This document shows, in pieces, positions 18,208 to 25,671 of a DNA stretch of 64,000 nucleotides (position 1 is the stretch's first letter; every line of letters begins with the position of its first letter). The notes under the pieces are model-generated. The model was not told where the DNA came from and searched no databases. It saw only the letters and a list, made by a program, of their open reading frames with translations. Source of the DNA: Thermoproteota archaeon (GTDB lineage: Archaea; Korarchaeota; Korarchaeia; B14-G2); the NCBI GenBank assembly GCA_037917675.1, contig JAVCBW010000034.1, positions 32,001 through 96,000 of the forward strand, read 5' to 3'. Made by a program: the position numbers and the translations under genes.

Positions 18208-20010
18208 TCAATCAAAGCCTACTGAGCTCTTCGCTACACGTAGGATGTCAGGGAGTGCTTCTCTAACCTTAGCTATGTCTCTGTAGTAGGGGCGGTCTTC
18301 CCTTATCGGGAGGCCTATCAGCCTCCCTATATGGCTGTAGGCTGCTCCTGTCCCTGCTCCGAGGCTGCTGGCGCTCAGCTCTGCTGCCTCCAGCCTCAGC
18401 GATATAGCCTGAGAAGCGTTTAGCAGCTCTATTGCAAGCACCGTCTTCGCGTTCTCTAGGATCTCTCTAGCCTTCAAGGCTGCAGTCATGCTCATACTCA
18501 CATAGTCCTCCTGGTTGGCTGATGTCGGTATGGTGTCTGCTGAGGCAGGGTGTGCTAGCACCTTGCTCTCTGATGCTAGTGCTGCAGCAGTATACTGTGT
18601 TATCATGAGCCCAGACATCAAGCCGCCTCCCTCTATGAGGAATGGTGGCAGCCCCCTGTTTAAGGTAGGGTCAAGTAGCCTGAATGTCCTCCTCTCTGAG
18701 ATCATGCTCACATATGTCAAGGCTATTGCTAGCGTGTCTAATGCGAGAGCTAGAGGCTGCCCATGGAAGTTTGCTCCAGAGATGACCTCCATGCTCTCTG
18801 GGAGGACCAGAGGGTTATCGCTTACAGAGTTTATCTCGACTTCAACTATCTTCCTAGCGAACTCTATGGCCTCTCTCAGCGCGCCATGCACGACTGGAGC
18901 ACACCTTATCGAGTAGGCGTCTTGTACTCGCCCTAGCTCAGCTCTCGTGAAGTCCATGTCTGAGAGGATCTTCTTAGCCTCGCTAGCAGAGCACATGGCT
19001 AGCAGCCTATTCTCTCCTTCAGCATGGACTCTGATCCCTGCTTTAATGGATATGGCTTCAGCTAGCTTAGCTGAGCTCACACCTAAGGCTGAAAGCAGCC
19101 TCCTACTCACCTCAAGCTTAGCTCCACCAGGAGCCTCCTCGAGCTCAGTGAGCTCAGCTAAGCTGAGCCCCATCCTCCTCAGCATAGGATCTGAGCTTGC
19201 CCCTACAAGCCTGCTTCCAGCTAGGAACGCTCTAGCTAGCCTAGCGCTCTCCACCTGCCCGCTATGCGGCCTGAGCTCATGTAGCCTGCTGTCAAGGTGG
19301 TCTGTTGGCGAGAGGAGGGCCTCCATGGTCATCGCAAGCGCTAGGTCAGCTAGCTCAGCTAGAGCCTGGCTCTCATGGAGTAGGAGGCATGCTAAGCCTG
19401 CTGTAGCCTGCGTCCCATTGTTGAGTGCAAGCCCCTCCTTGTAGCTGAGCTCAAGAGGGCCGCCGACCTCTCTCAGAGCACTCTTCAGCTCCTCTCCTCG
19501 GACTCTCCTACCTCTCCAGTAGGCTTCCCCCTCCCCTATCAGAGCTAAGGCCATGTGGGATAGAGGAGCTAAGTCTCCACTTGCTCCAACAGACCCCCTC
19601 TCAGGGACAACTGGAACCAGATCCCTGTTGAGGGCTTCGGCTAAAACCTCTAGCACATGATACCTGACACCAGAGTAGCCTCTAGCAAGAGTGTTTAGCC
19701 TCACTAGCATCATTGCTCGAACAACCTCTCTAGGAAGCTCTCTCCCAACACCAGCTGAGTGGCTGAGGATCATGTTCCTCTGGAGCAAGCTAGCCTCCCT
19801 AGAGCTGACCCTGCTTTCAGCAAGAGCACCAAAGCCTGTTGTAACCCCATATACGACAGCTCCCCCCTCAACTAGCTCAACTAAAGCCTTCCACGCCTCC
19901 TCAACCCTCTCCCGCACCCCCTCAGCTATCTTGACCTCAGCTCTCCCATAAGCAACATCTACGACATCTCTGATGGTTAAGCCCTCTCCACTCACAACCA
20001 CAGCCCTCAA
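18208..20010 (-). CDS. hutH: Histidine ammonia-lyase with large internal insertion
   Basis: YGVTTGFG, LSHSAGVG (His-specific SH), MIO triad GASGDLAP, QDAYSIRC, NQEDYVSM. Confidence 0.93.
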   Translation of the reverse strand: MRAVVVSGEGLTIRDVVDVAYGRAEVKIAEGVRERVEEAWKALVELVEGGAVVYGVTTGFGALAESRVSSREASLLQRNMILSHSAGVGRELPREVVRAMMLVRLNTLARGYSGVRYHVLEVLAEALNRDLVPVVPERGSVGASGDLAPLSHMALALIGEGEAYWRGRRVRGEELKSALREVGGPLELSYKEGLALNNGTQATAGLACLLLHESQALAELADLALAMTMEALLSPTDHLDSRLHELRPHSGQVESARLARAFLAGSRLVGASSDPMLRRMGLSLAELTELEEAPGGAKLEVSRRLLSALGVSSAKLAEAISIKAGIRVHAEGENRLLAMCSASEAKKILSDMDFTRAELGRVQDAYSIRCAPVVHGALREAIEFARKIVEVEINSVSDNPLVLPESMEVISGANFHGQPLALALDTLAIALTYVSMISERRTFRLLDPTLNRGLPPFLIEGGGLMSGLMITQYTAAALASESKVLAHPASADTIPTSANQEDYVSMSMTAALKAREILENAKTVLAIELLNASQAISLRLEAAELSASSLGAGTGAAYSHIGRLIGLPIREDRPYYRDIAKVREALPDILRVAKSSVGFD

Positions 20011-20246
20011 AACACCACCAAAAACCCTCTATCACAGCACCTTATAACTGAGGCCCTAGCTCCAGCATCCATGTTAGCTTTAGCATCAGCCATAGCTCAC
20101 ACTAAAGCTGATGGCAGAAGGCATGGGGAGTACTCTCCATAACTGCATGTAAGCTATGCTGCACCCTTAGCCTCAACTGTAACCTGAGCATCCAGAGGCC
20201 TTATATAGTGCCCTAGGACGCTAAAGAGACGTGGACGAGAAGCTAC

Positions 20247-20833
20247 GTGTGTCGCCACCCCTCAGCTGAGGGATCAGAGTGGAAGCTGATAGCTCCATGT
20301 GGCCTCTACTGTGGTGAGTGCACAGCCTTCCTCAATGGAGAGTGTAGTGGATGTAGAGCTGGTGTTGGGCTAGCTAAGGAGTATAGGAGGCTTTGCAAGA
20401 TTGCCAAGTGCTCTGAGAGGAAGGGTATCCAGGTCTGCATAGACTGTGATGAGTTCCATGTAGGCTCTTTGAGCTCTTCAAGTCTGAGGATCTAGAGTCT
20501 AGTGCTTGGCTCCTAGATGTGTGGGTTAACATGAAGCAGGTCAGGAAGCTAGGGATATCAGAGTTCCTGAGCAGGAGGAGAAGCCGGGTTGAGGAGAGGA
20601 AAGCTTGTGCTAGGAGCATGGGAGTCAGCTTCTGTGACGAGTGTGAAGACTGGCCATGCGACCTGCTAAAGAGGCCTGTACTAGCCCCCATGGACCTCAA
20701 GCTGTTCGAAAGGCTCATGGGGGCACGAGGAGCCCTAGCTGAGCAGAGCTACGAGGTATACCCAACATTTCCAGCGTGTAGGAGCATCATGGAGGTAGCC
20801 TGCCATGCCAGCTCTCTGAGCTCATCTCCATAG
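20247..20833 (+). pseudogene. DUF3795-like Cys-rich protein split by a frameshift (or a sequencing error)
   Basis: APCGLYCGEC..CSGC..CIDCDEF continues as PCRLFELF... if one C is added at 20456-20457, joining ORF 20519..20833. Confidence 0.7.
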
Positions 20834-21036
20834 CTCACTTACACCATAGCCTCTCAGAGGCCTGCGAGGCCATCTCGCAGCTACAGCTGCTGATCACAGG
20901 GCCTCAGCAATGTGGGTCGAGACAGCAGACACTAGCAGCATGCTTGAGTTAGGTGCCGAGTGGGTCCTCTGAAGCCTTTAAGCTGCTTTGGTAGCCTAGA
21001 AAAATTTTAATTATAGCTTAAGCTAGGTCTAGTTGC

Positions 21037-21124
21037 GGCCGGGGTGAGGTAGCCTGGTTAGCCTGGGGGCCTGTGGAGCCCCAAGCCCGGGTTCAAGGCT
21101 ATAGAGAGAGTCCCGGCCCCGGCC
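21037..21124 (+). tRNA. tRNA-His(GUG) with encoded G-1 and a 13-nt intron at position 59/60 (21098-21110)
   Basis: Acceptor GCCGGGG/CCCCGGC plus C73; D stem AGGT/GCCT; anticodon stem GGGGC/GCCCC with loop CTGTGGA; T stem CCGGG/CCCGG; AT-rich promoter near 21000-21015. Confidence 0.93.
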
Positions 21125-21536
21125 CATGCTGCTAGCTGCCTCCCAAGCTTAGCTGAGCACTTAGATCTACCTCATGCAGCTACCATAGCTATGACACCGC
21201 TAGTGGCGCTAAGATATGGGGTTAGAGGTGGTTTTCAGGCTGAACTCGCTTCAGAGGCTGTCAGCCTACTAGGCATCTAGCCTCTATCACAAGCTGCTTG
21301 GAGAGGGAGCTATAGCCCTAGTCAGCACCTTGCTTCAGCTTCCAAAGAGCTACCTTGGTCTGCAGGCTGGGGTGTAGTATTGAGAGGTGAGCTGAGGTAG
21401 CGTAGGAGATGGTGCTTCAGCTGAGGAGTATTAGCTGAGTGCTTTCATAGGTCAGCTCCAGAGTGGGCTTAGGCTGCTCTAGCAGCTCATGCAGCGTGTA
21501 TATGGCTTTTGCTGTTGCTTGGCTCAGCTGGCAACC

Positions 21537-21544
21537 TTTAAATA
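21537..21544 (+). promoter_or_regulatory. TATA box upstream of the hisS operon
   Basis: GCAACC-TTTAAATA; the only strong TATA between the tRNA and hisS. Confidence 0.55.
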
Positions 21545-21574
21545 AGCTGCCTGAAGCCTCCAGGTGGGGTTGGT

Positions 21575-21652
21575 ATGCTGCCAGCTTCTAGAAGGTTTTC
21601 CCTCTCAGCTGTAGTAGCCTCTAGTCTAGGAGGTTTTTGGGTTCATAGCTGA
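21575..21652 (+). CDS. Candidate 25-aa leader peptide upstream of hisS
   Basis: ATG about 30 nt after the TATA; MLPASRRFSLSAVVASSLGGFWVHS*; His is the penultimate codon. Confidence 0.35.
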   Translation: MLPASRRFSLSAVVASSLGGFWVHS

Positions 21653-21708
21653 CGGAGGCTGCCAGAGGAGGTTTCTGCAGTCAGGGAGCCTAGCTTGGAG
21701 GTGTCTGT

Positions 21709-23331
21709 TTGAGCAGGGTGTTTAAGGCTCCACGTGGAACTAGGGACTTTACCCCAGAGGAGATGGCTAAGCGTAGCTATGTTGAGAGGGTCATCAGGAG
21801 GGTCTTTGAGAGCTATGGGTTCCAGCAGGTTCAGACACCGATCTTCGAGGCATTCGCCCTCTTCGCTCTGAGGTCTGGTGAGGAGATAAGGAGCAAGATG
21901 TTTGTCTTCACAGTAGACGGAGAGGAGATGGCTCTGAGGCCAGAGGTGACGGCAGCAGTCTGCAGGATGGTCTCCTCAGGTGAGCTAGACCTGTCTAAGA
22001 AGCCTCTCCGCCTATACTACATAGGGCAGTGCTACCGCTATGAGGAGCCTCAGGCAGGCAGGTATAGGGAGTTCTGGCAGGCTGGAGTAGAGCTCATGGG
22101 CTCACCTAACCCTGAGGCTGACGCTGAGGTCATAGCTCTAGCTGTAGACGTGGTGAGGAACCTCGGGATAAGAGGCTTCGAGCTGAGAGTCGGAGACATG
22201 CGTGTCATGAGAGGCCTCCTAAGCGAATCAGGTGTGCCAGAGGAGGCTCAGAACAGGGTGATAAGCTCTCTGGATGTGCTGGAGAGCAGCATAGAGAAGC
22301 TCTCGCTCTACGCTGACAGGCTCAGAGGCAGCGGAGAGCTTGCTAGAGAGGAGCTAGCTGACCTGGGCAGGAGGCTTGATGAGCTCAGAGCATGGAAGGA
22401 AGAGGAGTATAGGAAGATGTCCTCTGGAGAAAGCGAGCTGCCAGCTAGCTTAGAGCCTCTCCTGGAAGTCGACCCCCTAGTATACAGGGTGAGGGAGCTA
22501 TATGAGAGTGGCAGGAGAGAGGAGCTAGCTGAGCTCATAGAGAAGTCGATCCGAGAGCTCAAGGAAGCCCAGAAGGCAATGTGGGTCTACTATGGAGTAG
22601 AGTATGAAGATGGAGTGGAGGTGAAGAGAGCTAAGCTGAGCACCAGCACAGCTGAGGCTCTCCTCAAGATGATGGACCTACATGGCCCAAGAGACAGCGT
22701 GCTAGATGCTGCCAAAAGCATACTCTCCAGCTATCCCTCAGCTCTAAGAGCCTTAGACGCATACAGAGAGGTCCTAGACCTGCTCCCACACCATGGGGTA
22801 GAGGAGTATGTTGCTGACCTCAGCATAGCTAGAGGCCTAGAGTACTATACTGGGATAGTCTTCGAGATCCACTGCCCATACCTAGGCGCTCAGAAGCAGG
22901 TCTGTGGAGGAGGACGCTATGACAAGCTCGTAGAGGAGTTCGGTGGCCCGAGCATGCCAGCTACAGGGTTCGCCTTAGGATTCGATAGGCTAGTCTTAGC
23001 TATGGAGAAGTCTGGTGTGAGGTTTCCGCCACAGAGGAGAGCAGATGTCTATGTGGCTGCACTCTCAGCTAACATAGTCCCATATGCCATAGAAGTCTCC
23101 AGGAAGCTCAGGGAGGCAGGGGTAAGAGTAGAGATGGACACTATGAGGAGAAGCATCAGGGAGGCGCTTTCCTTTGCATCCAAGATGGAGATGCCGTTCG
23201 TAGCGATCATAGGTGAGAGGGAAGCTGCTGAACACAAGGTCACCTTGAGGATCATGGGTGAGAGAAGGCAGGTCACACTCACCCCAGAGGATGCAGCTAG
23301 CCTAGTAGCTAGCAGGGTGGGATCACGGTAG
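21709..23331 (+). CDS. hisS: Histidyl-tRNA synthetase with enlarged insertion domain
   Basis: PRGTRDF, LRPEVT, motif 2 RYEEPQAGRYREFWQ, RGLEYYTG, GGGRYD, motif 3 GFALGFDRL, C-terminal anticodon-binding domain; SD GGAGGTG at 21697-21703. Confidence 0.95.
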   Translation: MSRVFKAPRGTRDFTPEEMAKRSYVERVIRRVFESYGFQQVQTPIFEAFALFALRSGEEIRSKMFVFTVDGEEMALRPEVTAAVCRMVSSGELDLSKKPLRLYYIGQCYRYEEPQAGRYREFWQAGVELMGSPNPEADAEVIALAVDVVRNLGIRGFELRVGDMRVMRGLLSESGVPEEAQNRVISSLDVLESSIEKLSLYADRLRGSGELAREELADLGRRLDELRAWKEEEYRKMSSGESELPASLEPLLEVDPLVYRVRELYESGRREELAELIEKSIRELKEAQKAMWVYYGVEYEDGVEVKRAKLSTSTAEALLKMMDLHGPRDSVLDAAKSILSSYPSALRALDAYREVLDLLPHHGVEEYVADLSIARGLEYYTGIVFEIHCPYLGAQKQVCGGGRYDKLVEEFGGPSMPATGFALGFDRLVLAMEKSGVRFPPQRRADVYVAALSANIVPYAIEVSRKLREAGVRVEMDTMRRSIREALSFASKMEMPFVAIIGEREAAEHKVTLRIMGERRQVTLTPEDAASLVASRVGSR

Positions 23332-24518
23332 TGAATATAGCTGTAGTAGGGGAGGCAAGCTGTGGCAAGTCGATGCTCATAGGAGCTCTCCTCCATAGCC
23401 TCAGAGAGGTCCCAGATGGGTTCGTGGAGAGGCTCAGGAGAGAGTCTAAGGCTGTGTCTGGAGAGGACAGGGCCTACGCCTACCTGCTAGACAAGAGCAT
23501 GGAGGAGAGGAGGCTAGGCCATACGCTTGAGGTTAAAGCCTGCAAGCCACTAGAGCTCCATGGCACCTCAGTTAGGCTAGCTGACACACCTGGCCTCGAG
23601 AGAGGTGCTCACGGACTCATGTCAGCGTTGATGCAGGCTGATGCAGTCTTAGCTGTAGCAGACCCGACATCACATTCTATAGCTAAGCTAGAGGACTCTC
23701 TCATGACAGCAGCTCTCCTCTCAGTAGACCAGTGTATAGCTGCTATATCCAAGATGGATGCTGTAGGCTACTCAAAGCATGCATATGAGTCTACAGCACT
23801 GAAGATCGAGAGGGCAGCTGATTCAGCTGGCATAGTCCTCAAGGCTATAGTCCCAGTGTCAGCTAGGGAGCTCGAGAACATAGCTGAGCCAGGAGGGAGG
23901 ATGAGCTGGTATAGCGGCCCAACGCTAGCTGAAGCTCTAGCTGAGCTGAGAGAGCCAGAGAGGCACCTAAGCCTCCCAATGAGGCTCCCAGTCCAGAGGT
24001 ACTATGAGAGGCCAAATGTGATAGCAGGTGTGATCGCTACAGGTGTAGCTAAGGTAGGCATGGAGATCGTGCTAGCTCCATCAGGTGCCAGAGGGGTAGC
24101 TGAATCCATTGAGTCATGGGGCACTAGGCTAGAGGAAGCTGAGGCAGGTGAGGATGTTGGAGTCAAGCTCAGGGGGGTAGCGAGATACCAGGTGAAGAGA
24201 GGCTTCCTAGCTGGGCCAGCTGACAGCCCACCTAAGTCAGCTAGAGAGCTCACTGCCAGAGTGCGTGTCAAGGTGCCTGAGGCCATCAGGCCTAAGAGGT
24301 CTCTGATGGCATATGTCCACCAGGCTAGAGCTCAGTGTAGGATTCTAGAGGCAAGCCATGAAGGAGAACACACTCTGCTCAAGCTTAGAGTAGAGGATCC
24401 ACGCCCACTTCCAGTAGACGAGCATATGCCTGTAGTCAGCAGGATAGCTCTCAGAGCCCAGCTGAAGGAGTCATCTAAGACTGTAGCTGGAGGAGTCTGC
24501 ACTGAGGTGGCAGAGTGA
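23331..24518 (+). CDS. Divergent EF-1alpha/EF-Tu-like three-domain GTPase paralog
   Basis: GEASCGKS, LLDKSMEERRLGHT, DTPG, SKMD, PVSA, MSWYSGPTL, RLPVQ, VKRG..PP; GTG start overlaps the hisS TAG. Confidence 0.88.
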   Translation: MNIAVVGEASCGKSMLIGALLHSLREVPDGFVERLRRESKAVSGEDRAYAYLLDKSMEERRLGHTLEVKACKPLELHGTSVRLADTPGLERGAHGLMSALMQADAVLAVADPTSHSIAKLEDSLMTAALLSVDQCIAAISKMDAVGYSKHAYESTALKIERAADSAGIVLKAIVPVSARELENIAEPGGRMSWYSGPTLAEALAELREPERHLSLPMRLPVQRYYERPNVIAGVIATGVAKVGMEIVLAPSGARGVAESIESWGTRLEEAEAGEDVGVKLRGVARYQVKRGFLAGPADSPPKSARELTARVRVKVPEAIRPKRSLMAYVHQARAQCRILEASHEGEHTLLKLRVEDPRPLPVDEHMPVVSRIALRAQLKESSKTVAGGVCTEVAE

Positions 24519-24845
24519 AGGCTACGCTGAAAGCCTACACCTACATGGAGCTCATGAGGTGGTGTTGGATCAGCCCCTAGAGCACAGATGGCTCCATTAG
24601 AAGGTCTGCTGGCAGAGGATTCGTGGCGAGGCTGAGAATATAGCTAGAAGCCTCCAGATAAGAGATTCGTCAGCTCTAGCAGAGCTCACCTCAGCAGGGT
24701 CAGCCATAACGCCAGCTCTCTAGAGGAGGGTGAGAAAGCATACAGGATAGCAGAGCGCTCAGCGAGCAGCCACATGTGATAGCTTCCATGCAGATGAGGC
24801 CTAAGCTGAGTAGCATGGGGTGCTGAGGGCTGCATCCAGCTTGCT

Positions 24846-25436
24846 CTAGAGCAGCCTAGCAGGCCTCCTGAGCTTCGGCTCAACAGGCTTATATGGATAG
24901 GGTTCTCCTAGCCTATCTAAGCTAGCAAGCTCACTGACGTCTCTTCTAGGCGTAGCGCTTGGCTTCTCAGCTGGGTAGCCAACCGAGATTATCGCTACTG
25001 GTATGAGAGGGCGTTTCGCGCCAACAGCTTCAAGAACAGCTTCATCGCTAAAGGCTCCAACCCAGCATGTGCCGAGCCCAAGGCTTGTGGCAGCCAGCAT
25101 GGCGAACGTAGCAGCTATCGTAGCATCCTGGATGCAGTAGAGCACTTCACCACGGCGCCCATATCTCACTCTAGACCTCTCAGGGTTAGCTAGGAAAACG
25201 AGGTCGACTGGAGCTTCAGCTATAAACCACTGCCCGAGAGCAGCTCTAGCCAGCTTAGCTCTAACACTCTTATCTCTCACGACAACTATCTCATAGGCCT
25301 GTAGGTCTCCAGCAGAGGGCGCTGAGTTAGCTGCCTCCAATATGAAGCTGACAGCTTCATCAGAGACTTCCCTATCAGAGTATGATCTGACAGACCTCCT
25401 AGATGCAAGCACATCCACAAACTCCAAGCACATCAC
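24846..25436 (-). CDS. Nitroreductase family protein
   Basis: RRSVRSY, APSAGDLQ, LGLGTCWVGAF, ISVGYP. Confidence 0.92.
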   Translation of the reverse strand: MMCLEFVDVLASRRSVRSYSDREVSDEAVSFILEAANSAPSAGDLQAYEIVVVRDKSVRAKLARAALGQWFIAEAPVDLVFLANPERSRVRYGRRGEVLYCIQDATIAATFAMLAATSLGLGTCWVGAFSDEAVLEAVGAKRPLIPVAIISVGYPAEKPSATPRRDVSELASLDRLGEPYPYKPVEPKLRRPARLL

Positions 25437-25671
25437 CTACAGCCCACAGCAGGTCTCCAGCTGACAGAGGCTACCACCTGGGTAGGAGCCTCAAAGTCAG
25501 ACTCTAGCCCCCTTATAAGCATTCCCTACAGGCGCTACATGCAGCTGACACCCAGGCAGCATCTCAGCTGGAAGATAGGCAGCTGCTAAGATCGCTGCAG
25601 CTCTAGCCTGCTGGCTGCATCTAAGCTAACGTTTTAATGTGTAGCCCTCATGTGATCTCCTGCGGTGTCGT

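Noticed and set aside
21709-23331. HisZ assignment, or an intein as the explanation of the extra length
   Set aside because: Catalytic motifs and anticodon domain are present; no Cys/Ser...His-Asn intein ends
23331-24518. SelB or CysN assignment
   Set aside because: No SelB domain IV, tRNA-Sec or cysD nearby, and domains II-III read as EF-1alpha-like; a tree is still needed
21037-24845. Integrated element at tRNA-His
   Set aside because: No integrase and no duplicated tRNA end seen
17600-24845. Stop-codon recoding served by the EF paralog
   Set aside because: Broken frames contain mixed TAG/TAA/TGA, real genes end in all three stops, and the tRNA anticodon is the standard GUG
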